Shown here: positions 9,070 through 17,255 of the stretch, piece after piece
How the letters are laid out: the number at the start of each line of letters is the position of its first letter
Numbering within the stretch: position 1 is the first letter of the stretch
From: Chloroflexota bacterium
Lineage (GTDB): Bacteria; Chloroflexota; Limnocylindria; QHBO01
Assembly: GCA_013816405.1 (NCBI GenBank)
Contig: JACDEL010000004.1
Location: forward strand, 3,475-67,474
DNA length: 64,000 bases
Reading direction: 5' to 3'
Program-made: the position numbers and the translations under genes
The notes under the pieces: model-generated
What the model saw: only the letters and a program-made list of their open reading frames with translations
Databases searched by the model: none
Told to the model about the DNA's origin: nothing

Positions 9070-10015
9070 GAAGCAGGCAGCGCCCCCGGCCCATTCGGGG
9101 TGTACTCGCGGACAGGTCCGTCGATCGGCTTGAAGGTGAGCCGCGTGGGCCGTTCTTGGTGCCACTCAAGGCTGCCCTTCGTGCCGGACACGCGGATGTG
9201 GAGACCGTTCTCCACCCCAGCCGCCGTCTGCGTGACCCAGAAGCTCCCGCGCGCACCGTTGTCGAAGCGCAGCATGGCGGCGCCGTAATCGTCGACAGGC
9301 CGTTCCGGGATCACGTGGCCGATCTCGGCGGCGACCTCCGCGACTTCGAGGCGACTGACGAACCGCACCAGGTTGTGCGCGTGCGTTCCGATGTCGCCCA
9401 TCACCAGGGACGGTCCGCCTCGCACGGGGTTGTAGCGCCACGGCAACCCGCCGGCTGGGTCCGGGTCGGACTCATCGGCCTTGTTTCCCTGCACGTATTC
9501 GACCTGGACCAGCCTGATCTCGCCGACCTGCCCATCCTCGACCAGCGCGCGAGCCTGGCGCACCATGGGGTAGCCCGTATAGATGTGCGTGAGGCAGAAG
9601 ACCAGCCCCGTGGCATCGACCTTGCGGACGATGTCCAGGGCCTCGTCAAGCGTGTTCGTCATCGGCTTGTCGCAGACGACGTCGAAGCCCCGATCCAGAG
9701 CCGCCAGGGCATACCGATGGTGGCTGTCGTTCGGGGTCATGATCGCGACGACCTCGGCACCGTCCTCGCGGTCGCTCTCGGTATCGAGCTTCACATTGGC
9801 ATCGGAATAGGCGCGTGAGGGATCGATCCCCATGCCGATGGCAGCCTTCTCGGATCGCTCGGGATCCGACGAGACCACCCCTCCCACGAGCTGATAGCGA
9901 CCGTCGAGCCGTGCGGCCGTCGGTGCATCGCACCGATGAAGCTGCCCGGGCCACCGCCGATGACCGCCAGCCGAAGCGGGCGTCCAAGCATCTCAATGAT
10001 CGGCTCAGCGTCCAC
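9070..10015 (-). pseudogene. Gfo/Idh/MocA family oxidoreductase, frameshifted near 9895 (-1 in a G/C run); C-terminus unclear
   Basis: Rossmann N-terminus RLAVIGGGPGSFIGAMHR is in ORF 9791-10015. The rest (..VVAIMTPNDSHHRYALAALDRGFDVVCDKPM..GEIRLVQVEY..) is in ORF 8358-9887. That ORF then runs on stop-free across the next gene, which is a GC artefact. Confidence 0.5.
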
Positions 10016-10064
10016 GGAGGGCTAGCCTAGCATCGAGGTCCCGGAGCGAGGTCTTTCAGGACAC

Positions 10065-10346
10065 TCACGAACGGATGACCAGCTCGAGCGTGACGGTGTC
10101 GCCCAGCGCGAGTCCTTCGGCAGTGCGGACGACGTCCTTGATGGGCACGACGTAGCCGCCGTCCTTGGGAAACAGCGAGGTTTCCCAAACGCTTCGGCCG
10201 ATCCGGGCTCTGACCGGGATCATGCCCCAGCCATAGCTCACCATCGGCGACACGGCGCGCAGCTCGAGACCAACCGCCTTCGGCACCGTGATGAAGTGAA
10301 ACGGCGCAGGGCCCCTCCAGTACCACAGCTCGCCGATGAACTCCAT
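10065..10346 (-). CDS. DUF1905 family protein
   Basis: MEFIGELWYW..FHFITVPKAV..SLFPKDGGYVVPIKDVVRTAEGLALGDTVTLEL matches the DUF1905 pattern. Start at the second Met. Confidence 0.6.
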   Translation of the reverse strand: MEFIGELWYWRGPAPFHFITVPKAVGLELRAVSPMVSYGWGMIPVRARIGRSVWETSLFPKDGGYVVPIKDVVRTAEGLALGDTVTLELVIRS

Positions 10347-10487
10347 GGGCACGATCCCCGGATCCATCACCAGAAACTACTCGACCAGAAGCCGAATGAT
10401 GTGCGGCGGCTCAATCCGCGTACTAGCTAGGTGCAGGGCTGCCGTGAAGTGCGCTCCTGCCTCATGGCCACCTACTAGGAGTACACA

Positions 10488-11726
10488 ATGCGTTACTGGA
10501 AGCCGGCAGCCACTGCGCTCGCCGTCGTACTTATGCTCGCCGCGTGCTCGGCCGCGCCCGGCACCAGCACCTCGCCCAGCTCCGAACCGAGCATGGCGGG
10601 GAACAGCATGTCGCCGAGCCACAGTCCGGGCACAGGCGAAATCGAGTCAGCCGCGGCCACACTCCGCACTGACCTGAACTATCTTCTGGGCGAGCACCTC
10701 ATCCTCGCGGCCAAGGCGACTGGTGCGGCCCTTGGTGGTCGTGCAGATCAGTTCGCCGCCTACGCCGCGCTCTTGAACACGAATGGCACCGATCTGGGTG
10801 CCGCGATTGGCAGCATCTATGGCCAGGCCGCCCAGGACGAATGGAATCGGATCTGGAGCGCCCACAACGGGTTCTTCGTCGACTACACCAACGGGGTGGC
10901 GACCAAGGACCAGGCGGCCATGGACCTCGCCGTCAAGAACCTGACCACGGTCTATGTCCCGCAGTTCGCGGAGTTCCTGGCCGGTGCCACCGATCTGCCC
11001 ACTGAGGCGATCACGAACCTGGTCACGCAGCACGTCCTTCAGACCAAGGCGGTGGTGGATGCCCAGGCCGCAGGCGAGTGGGACGCCGCCTACGCGGCCA
11101 TCCGCGAGGCATACGCCCACATGCAGATGATCGGCGACGCGCTTGCCCCGGCAATCGCATCGAAGAATGGGATCGATGGTGACGCTGGCACCGCAGGTGT
11201 CGACTTCCGCGTCGCCCTGAACCAGTTCCTCCAGGAGCACCTGTTCCTGGCCTCCTTCGCGACCGATGCCGCACTTGCAGGAAGAGCCGATGAGTTTGCG
11301 GCAGCTGGGGCTGTGCTGAACACGAACGGCACCGATCTGGGTGCCGCCATTGGCAGCATCTATGGCCAGGCCGCCCAGGACGAATGGAATCGGATCTGGA
11401 GCGCCCACAACGGGTTCTTCGTCGACTACACCAACGGGGTGGCGACCAAGGACCAGGCGGCCATGGACCTCGCCGTCAAGAACCTGACCACGGTCTATGT
11501 CCCGCAGTTCGCGGAGTTCCTGGCCGGTGCCACCGATCTGCCGCAGAACGTTCTGGAGAAGTTGATCTCCGAGCACGTGCTGACCACCAAGGCGATCGTC
11601 GACGCGCAGGGAGCGGGCGACGTGATGGGGGCCGCCACGGCGGATCGCGAGGCTGCGCAGCACATGCGCATGATCGGCGACCCGCTTGCAGTAGCCATCG
11701 TCGGGAAGGTCCCCGACAAGTTCTAG
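10488..11726 (+). CDS. Secreted lipoprotein with two near-identical ~180-aa helical repeats (function unknown)
   Basis: Signal peptide plus lipobox (LAACSAAPG). Residues ~95-270 and ~275-410 are repeated. At nucleotide level 10770-11000 and 11310-11540 are nearly identical. AGGAG RBS. Confidence 0.7.
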   Translation: MRYWKPAATALAVVLMLAACSAAPGTSTSPSSEPSMAGNSMSPSHSPGTGEIESAAATLRTDLNYLLGEHLILAAKATGAALGGRADQFAAYAALLNTNGTDLGAAIGSIYGQAAQDEWNRIWSAHNGFFVDYTNGVATKDQAAMDLAVKNLTTVYVPQFAEFLAGATDLPTEAITNLVTQHVLQTKAVVDAQAAGEWDAAYAAIREAYAHMQMIGDALAPAIASKNGIDGDAGTAGVDFRVALNQFLQEHLFLASFATDAALAGRADEFAAAGAVLNTNGTDLGAAIGSIYGQAAQDEWNRIWSAHNGFFVDYTNGVATKDQAAMDLAVKNLTTVYVPQFAEFLAGATDLPQNVLEKLISEHVLTTKAIVDAQGAGDVMGAATADREAAQHMRMIGDPLAVAIVGKVPDKF

Positions 11727-11787
11727 CCCGTCCATCCGGGGAGCGGTCCGGTCATCCGGGCCGCTCCTCTCCTTTTGATAGCACGAG

Positions 11788-12195
11788 GTGGCATTCATGG
11801 CCCAGCTGAGAATCCTTTCGGTCTTCCTGCTCGCGCTTGGCGCTCTGTTGGGCGCATGCAGCTCCCCTGCCGGCGAGTCGTTCGCCGGCGCACCAAGCAT
11901 CAAAGCCGTGGAACCGGTGGCGATCCACGTGGCCGACTTCATGCTCGATAACCCAGACCTGAGCGTTACCGGTCCGACCGTCACGTTCATGGTCACCAAT
12001 GACGGCCCTACCCCGCACAATGTGGCGGTCCGCAACGCCGAAGGCGTCGTGCTGATGACCACTCGGGACCTCTCCCTCGGAGAGTCTCAGACGATCAGCG
12101 CGCAGTTCGCGCCTGGCGACTACATCACCTTCTGCTCGCTTCCCGGGCACGAGAGCCTTGGCGTCAAGGGCAGGTTGAGCGTGATCGCGCCTTAG
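11788..12195 (+). CDS. Cupredoxin-like (type-1 copper) lipoprotein
   Basis: 135 aa with lipobox LLGACSSP. PTPHNVAV...FCSLPGHESLGVKG gives the His...Cys-x-x-Gly-His arrangement of blue-copper sites. Confidence 0.6.
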   Translation: MAFMAQLRILSVFLLALGALLGACSSPAGESFAGAPSIKAVEPVAIHVADFMLDNPDLSVTGPTVTFMVTNDGPTPHNVAVRNAEGVVLMTTRDLSLGESQTISAQFAPGDYITFCSLPGHESLGVKGRLSVIAP

Positions 12196-12284
12196 CTGCG
12201 ACCTGGCCGACCATCGGCTCCGGCAGGGCGAGGCCATGCCCATTCACACGGCCGTCATGCGCTGGTGGTACCGTCGCGGCCGCC

Positions 12285-12989
12285 ATGGCCACCGTGCTCG
12301 TCGTCGATGATGACCCCAGTATCCGTGACCTCCTGCGCCTGTACGTGACCCGTGACGGTCACCGCGTGGTGTTCGCCACCGACGGCGCGCAGGCACTGGT
12401 GGCTGCCCACCAACACGTGCCCGACCTGGTTCTGCTCGACGTGATGCTGCCGGGAATCGACGGCCTGGAGGTCTGCCGGCAGCTCCGCGAGAATAGTGAT
12501 GTCCCAATCATGCTGTTGACCGCACGCAGCGGCGACTCGGACAAGGTGGTTGGCCTGGACCTGGGCGCCGACGATTACGTCGTGAAGCCGTTCAGCCCAC
12601 GCGAGCTGATGGCGCGCATCCGTGCCCAGCTGCGCCGGCGCACGAGTGCCGCCCTCGATGACCCGGTGCTGACCTCGATCGGGCTGATGGTCGACCCAAG
12701 CGCAATGGAGGTGCAGGTCAATGGCAGGCCGGTCGAGATCACCTCGACCGAATTTCGGATCCTGCATGCCCTCATGCGGCGAGCCGGCCGCGTCTTCACG
12801 CGAGACGAGCTGATCAGCGCGTCTTATGTCGACGACCCCGGCATCCTCGATCGGACGATCGATGTTCACGTCGGGCGACTGCGGCGCAAGCTGGGCGACA
12901 GCTCGGCGAGCCCGCGCTACGTGGCCACCGTTCGGGGCGTCGGCTACAAGTTCGTGTCCGCGGTCGAAGCGCGGGCGAGTGAGGGCTGA
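12285..12989 (+). CDS. OmpR/PhoB-family response regulator
   Basis: Receiver domain (VLVVDDDPSIRDLL..DLVLLDVMLPGIDG) plus winged-helix C-terminus (..RVFTRDELI..VDVHVGRLRRKL..). Confidence 0.85.
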   Translation: MATVLVVDDDPSIRDLLRLYVTRDGHRVVFATDGAQALVAAHQHVPDLVLLDVMLPGIDGLEVCRQLRENSDVPIMLLTARSGDSDKVVGLDLGADDYVVKPFSPRELMARIRAQLRRRTSAALDDPVLTSIGLMVDPSAMEVQVNGRPVEITSTEFRILHALMRRAGRVFTRDELISASYVDDPGILDRTIDVHVGRLRRKLGDSSASPRYVATVRGVGYKFVSAVEARASEG

Positions 12990-12992
12990 CCG

Positions 12993-14126
12993 ATGTCAAC
13001 GCTGAGTGCGCGGCTGATGGGCCTGTTCCTGCTCCTGTCCTTGCTCGTCGCCGGGGTGATCGTTCTCGCGGTCGTCCAGTTCAGCGCCGAGCAGGTGATG
13101 CACCTCCTGATGCAGGGCGTCGGCACGCCGGAGCAGGCGCGGGCCATGTTCGATCAATACGTGGTGCGCGTCATGCTGATCGGAGCGGCCGCGGGCGTGG
13201 TGCTCGGGAGCTTGGCCGCCTGGTGGCTGGTGCGACGCCTGATGCGACCGCTCCAACTGCTGACCGAGGCGTCGCAGTCGATCGCCGTTGGTGACCTGGC
13301 GGCGCGCGTGCCGGAACCGGCAGATTCGGAGCTGCGCCGGCTCGCCCAGTCGTTCAACCGCATGGCTGGCGCACTGCAACGCACCGAGCAGCTGCGGCGG
13401 GCCCTGGTCGAAGACGTGGCCCATGAGCTGCGGACGCCGCTGACCAGTCTGCGCGGCTACACCGAGGCGCTTGCCGACGGGGTCATCGCGCCGACGCCGG
13501 AGATGCTGCACACGGTGCACGAGGAGATCGAGCGACTGACGCGACTGGTCGAGGCACTCGACCAGTTGGCGCGCGGTGAGCGGGACGAGCGCTCACCCGA
13601 GCAGGGCGACGTCGATCTCGCCTTGATTGTGCGCCGCACGATCAAGCTGGCATCGCCGGAGCTCACTCGGCGTCAGATTGAGATCGAGGTCGTGGAGCCC
13701 CCTGCCCTGCCCCCTGTGCAGGGCGACGCGGACGCCATCGGCCAGGTTGTGGCGAACCTGGTCCAGAACGCCGAGCGCTACACCGATGATGGGGGCCGCA
13801 TGACGGTCCGCCTCGCCGCCGGTGCCGAATCGCTGCGCTGCGCCGTCGAGAACACAGGTGACGGGATCCCACCCGATGAGCTTGAGCTCATCTGGGAGCG
13901 CCTCCACCGCGTCGATCGCTCACGAGCCCGCGCCAGCGGCGGCGCGGGCATCGGCCTCGCCATCGTCCGCCAGATCGTTGACGCCCACGGAGGACAGGTG
14001 GGCGCCTCCTCGGCCGACGGGCGGACCGAGATCTGGTTCAGGCTTCCGATCGCGAATCGCGCGAGTAAGGCACCGGTTCAGCAAGCCGTCACAAGCGCGT
14101 CATCACCTCGACACATGCGCGGCTGA
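12993..14126 (+). CDS. Sensor histidine kinase (TM, HAMP, HisKA, HATPase_c)
   Basis: N-terminal TM helices, H-box AHELRTPLTSLRGYTE, and G-boxes ..DGGRMTV.. and GGAGIGLAIVRQIV. Confidence 0.85.
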   Translation: MSTLSARLMGLFLLLSLLVAGVIVLAVVQFSAEQVMHLLMQGVGTPEQARAMFDQYVVRVMLIGAAAGVVLGSLAAWWLVRRLMRPLQLLTEASQSIAVGDLAARVPEPADSELRRLAQSFNRMAGALQRTEQLRRALVEDVAHELRTPLTSLRGYTEALADGVIAPTPEMLHTVHEEIERLTRLVEALDQLARGERDERSPEQGDVDLALIVRRTIKLASPELTRRQIEIEVVEPPALPPVQGDADAIGQVVANLVQNAERYTDDGGRMTVRLAAGAESLRCAVENTGDGIPPDELELIWERLHRVDRSRARASGGAGIGLAIVRQIVDAHGGQVGASSADGRTEIWFRLPIANRASKAPVQQAVTSASSPRHMRG

Positions 14127-14176
14127 CCCTGACGGAGACGGCCGGAGAAGCCGGTCCGCGAACCCGAGGATGAACC

Positions 14177-14566
14177 ATGCGACGAGTCTTGCTGATGCTG
14201 TCGGTCATCGCGGCGATGAGCCTGGTGCTGGCCGCACCGGTCGGCGCCAAATCATTCGGCACGATCTACGCTGAGGGTGACGCCTACCGCACCTTCGGCA
14301 CACCTGCACACGTCGAAGCTGGCACAGGCACCGATCCAATCATCGCCTTCAGCAACTTCGACCAGGGTGGCGTGGCCAAGTACGCGCCCGGACAGGGCTC
14401 GCACGGCGGGCGCTGGATGGTCTGGGTGGCGACCTGGGTGGTTCCGGGAGACGCCTACCTGCTCACCGACTATGACGACGTGATCGCGCTGGTCGATGCT
14501 CGCGAGATCACTCTGCAACGAATGCCCGGCGCGGACTTCCGCTGCCCGATTCTGCCGAACGCTTAG
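14177..14566 (+). CDS. Secreted hypothetical protein (signal peptide)
   Basis: 129 aa. N-terminal MRRVLLMLSVIAAMSLVLAAPVGA. GAGGATGAACC RBS region. Lies downstream of the two-component pair. Confidence 0.5.
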   Translation: MRRVLLMLSVIAAMSLVLAAPVGAKSFGTIYAEGDAYRTFGTPAHVEAGTGTDPIIAFSNFDQGGVAKYAPGQGSHGGRWMVWVATWVVPGDAYLLTDYDDVIALVDAREITLQRMPGADFRCPILPNA

Positions 14567-14584
14567 ACATCCGAGATCGGGCGC

Positions 14585-14615
14585 CGCCGGTCCGCAGGGG
14601 CCGGCGGTGTCGTTT
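14585..14615 (+). terminator. Candidate intrinsic terminator (CCGCCGG-10 nt loop-CCGGCGG then U-rich TGTCGTTTA)
   Basis: Inverted repeat 20 bp after the stop of 14177-14566, followed by a T-rich tract. Confidence 0.3.
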
Positions 14616-14880
14616 ACCCGACCCGGCCGTCGGTTCGATATCGGACACGTCGGGGTGGGCGCCGGAGCCTCCGGGCAGAGCACCGGCGGGCACACAAGCG
14701 GGTCGCCCACGGCAGGTCAGGCTGAAGCCATTCTCGCGGTGCAGCAATCTGTCGCTGCTTGACCACCCACCCCGGCTCGCGCCGAGGCCCCCGCGCCCTC
14801 TCGCTGCGGGCGACCGGCGCTCTCCACCGCGGTGCCACCCCGGACGTTTCCCGGCATGCAGCTCATCAACGAGGAGGATT

Positions 14881-15040
14881 CATGACCGAGCGCGAACCAA
14901 TCCACAGCGCGGCGGCTCCGTCCACCGCCAGGCCCGCGGCGCGAAAGCTGGTGGATCGCCGCCGCGCGATGTCCCTGATGGTCAGCGGGATGGCAGCTCT
15001 GTCGGCCATCGTGCCTCTCATGGTCCTCAAGCCCGGCTGA
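14881..15040 (+). CDS. Small hypothetical protein (53 aa)
   Basis: Good RBS (GAGGAGG then ATG at 14881). MTEREPIHS.. with a hydrophobic C-terminal segment. The longer ORF 14759-15040 lacks RBS support. Confidence 0.3.
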
Positions 15041-15201
15041 CCTGACCTAGGAAATCCATTGACCCGCTGGCCCCCGGCGAGCATGATGCCGGCGTGAAGG
15101 TCGACCGGCAGAGCCGGACGGTTTGCGATGCGGCGTTGCGTGCGCTGAATCGGCGGAAGATTGGCCCGGTGTACTAACTCGGCACGCGAACGGGGTGAGA
15201 C

Positions 15202-15642
15202 ATGATCCATGCCGATGCCAACACAACCATTCGGCGACCCATCGCCGATGTCTTTAACTATGTGACCGATCCGACCAACGAGCCCGCCTGGCACACCGAC
15301 GCGGCCGAGGCGCGGCCGCTCATTACCGGCCCGATCGGGGTGGGAAGCCGGATCGCCTATGTCTTTCCGTTCATGGGTCGGCGCTCGACGTCGATCGGCG
15401 AGGTCGTCGCGTTCGAGCCGCCGCACCTCGAAGCGATCCAGTTCGATAGCGGGCCATTTGGCCTCAAGCCGAGGATCACCTACCGCTTCGAGGATCTCGG
15501 CGGGTCTGTCCGCTTCACCCGCCAGGCTGAGGCAGAAACGCGGGGCCTCATCCGCGTGATCGCGCCAATCATGCAGCGGCTACTGGTCCGCCGGAGTGCC
15601 TTGTTTGTCGAGAACCTTCGACGGCAGCTCGAGGGAGCCTGA
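15202..15642 (+). CDS. SRPBCC-superfamily (polyketide cyclase/START-like) protein
   Basis: 146 aa. ..IRRPIADVFNYVTDPTNEPAWH.. is the typical SRPBCC N-terminal pattern. Confidence 0.6.
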   Translation: MIHADANTTIRRPIADVFNYVTDPTNEPAWHTDAAEARPLITGPIGVGSRIAYVFPFMGRRSTSIGEVVAFEPPHLEAIQFDSGPFGLKPRITYRFEDLGGSVRFTRQAEAETRGLIRVIAPIMQRLLVRRSALFVENLRRQLEGA

Positions 15643-15654
15643 CAACCGACGATG

Positions 15655-15740
15655 CCAGCAGCTGGGCATCGGTGGCATTGCTCGACTCGTCGCGGAAGAT
15701 GACGTTGCAGTCGCGGTTGGAGTTGAACGGCGGGTCGCAG
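15655..15740 (-). repeat. Fourth partial copy (~85 bp) of the methyltransferase 5' segment; repeat copy E
   Basis: Minus strand reads ..CDPPFNSNRDCNVIFRDESSNATDAQLL.. and is homologous to 55-135 of copy A. Overlaps the 3' end of the SRPBCC gene on the other strand. Confidence 0.45.
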
Positions 15741-15754
15741 CGCGAGAAAGCGAT

Positions 15755-15903
15755 CGGCGATGAATCATGTTGACCGGGTTACTTGACCTCCCCAGGTTGG
15801 GCCGCGCTGGCGACTGCTTGGAGAGAGGTGCGTCATCCGAGTTCGACAGATGGCCGAGAACCCGCTCGAGCGTGCAGTCCATGCCTCCTACGGGGTCAGC
15901 TGA
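15755..15903 (+). promoter_or_regulatory. Repeated promoter/leader module, copy 2, with truncated uORF MAENPLERAVHASYGVS
   Basis: ~120 bp homologous to 1850-1990 (ATCATGTTGACC..TTGGAGAGAGGTG..GATGGCCGAGAACCC). No gene follows in sense orientation. Overlaps the stop of the convergent methyltransferase gene. Confidence 0.4.
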
Positions 15904-16997
15904 TAGAAGCGGAGCATCTCGAGCTCCGGCTGGTCCAGTCGCTCGGTGCCGCTGAATCCAGCCTCGGATGCGTATCGGCGCATCGTGCCCTCGCGGATGA
16001 CGGTCCCGGTTGCGGCAGTCGGACGCTCGGTCATGGCCGCGGGAAGACAGGTGAAGAGGCTGAATCCGTAGTAGAGCCGCTCGATCTCGCCCGCCGGGGC
16101 GGTGAAGGTGTCCTCCGTCTTCTCATCGGCGACCAGGGCGATGCCGCCAGGGCGCAGCATGCGACGCATGGCCGACAGCACCTCGACCGGCCGGGAGAGG
16201 TCATGGATGGCCTCGATGATCACCGCCAGGTCGTACTGCCCCACGGCAGCGGGGTCGGCCGCATCGCGCCGCTCGAACGTCACCCGGTCGCCCACCCCTG
16301 CCTTTTGCGCGTTCTTCCGAGCCAGGGTGATCGAGGCCTCGTCGAGGTCGAACCCATCGACCGTTACATCGGGGTAGGCCTTCGCGATGGCGATTGCCGC
16401 CCAGCCCACGCCGCACGCCACATCGGCGACGCGGGCGGGCGGGCCTGCCCCCAGCCGCTCGTGAATGGCGGTGATGGCCGGCAGGATCTCCGAGCCGAAC
16501 GAGTTGACCAGCCAGGGCCGGTTGAAGTCGCCCTGCGACTCGATCATGTCCGTGCCGTAGTCGGACCACTCGACGCCGCCTCCGGTCCGATACGCCTCCA
16601 GCAGCTGGGGCATGACCTTTGCGGATGCCACGAGCGAGCGTGCCAGCGGCGCGATCGAGTACGGGCTGTCCGCGTTGAGCAGTGGCTCGACGTACGCCTC
16701 GGGGAGCAGATAGCGGCGCTCATCGGGCGCGGCCGCGACGTCATCGACCTCGAGGATGCCGGTCGCCGCTTGCTGCTCGAGCCACTCGCGTGCGTATCGC
16801 GCGTCGATCCCTGCCCGGGTCGCCAGCTCGGGGGCCGTCGCCGGTCCGCCGTCCCGCAATGCGCCGTACAGCCCGAGCCGATCTCCCAGGTAGACGGCCA
16901 TCACCTCGAACATGCCGAGGCTGGCTTCGAAGATCCTCTCGACGAGGGCATCGGCCGTTGCCTGGGGCGGGGGATCCATCGGTTTTTCGCTGGTCAT
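15888..16997 (-). CDS. Class I SAM-dependent methyltransferase with N-terminal winged-helix/dimerisation domain (O-methyltransferase-like)
   Basis: 369 aa. VADVACGVGWAAIAIAKAYPDVTVDGFDLDE is motif I. ..LRPGGIALVAD.. is the post-II region. Confidence 0.75.
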   Translation of the reverse strand: MTSEKPMDPPPQATADALVERIFEASLGMFEVMAVYLGDRLGLYGALRDGGPATAPELATRAGIDARYAREWLEQQAATGILEVDDVAAAPDERRYLLPEAYVEPLLNADSPYSIAPLARSLVASAKVMPQLLEAYRTGGGVEWSDYGTDMIESQGDFNRPWLVNSFGSEILPAITAIHERLGAGPPARVADVACGVGWAAIAIAKAYPDVTVDGFDLDEASITLARKNAQKAGVGDRVTFERRDAADPAAVGQYDLAVIIEAIHDLSRPVEVLSAMRRMLRPGGIALVADEKTEDTFTAPAGEIERLYYGFSLFTCLPAAMTERPTAATGTVIREGTMRRYASEAGFSGTERLDQPELEMLRFYQLTP

Positions 16998-17255
16998 GTT
17001 GGGCGCTAGATTAGATCACCGCCGTCTTCAAGCTGTTGAGCCACGCGAGTTCCTGCCCGCGGGAGTCCACAAGCCAACCGGCGAAGATATCGAACTCCGC
17101 GCCAGCCGGCACGGTTATCCCTCCGGTTCCGAAACCTTTCAGATCTGAGACTTTCTCTGATGTCGGCCAAAAGAGATGCCGCCGCGGTGTGCGGACGGAT
17201 GCCGGTATCCTGATTGTCACCGCGGATCGCGAGCGCACCCGAAAGGCGGACGTTG

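Noticed and set aside
8358-9887. 509-aa ORF implying a Gfo/Idh/MocA protein with ~270-aa C-terminal extension
   Set aside because: The extension is the out-of-frame read-through across the 8372-9025 membrane-protein gene, whose own frame gives a clean hydrophobic protein. The extension is Arg/Gly/Pro-rich nonsense.
10770-11540. Possible CRISPR-like or mobile repeat
   Set aside because: Only two copies, in frame within one gene, encoding a duplicated protein domain. No spacers or cas genes.
10647-12062. 471-aa minus-strand ORF
   Set aside because: Antisense to the lipoprotein and cupredoxin genes. It mirrors their internal repeat and has no start context or homology.
15783-17009. 408-aa plus-strand ORF
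   Set aside because: Antisense shadow of the SAM-dependent methyltransferase gene.
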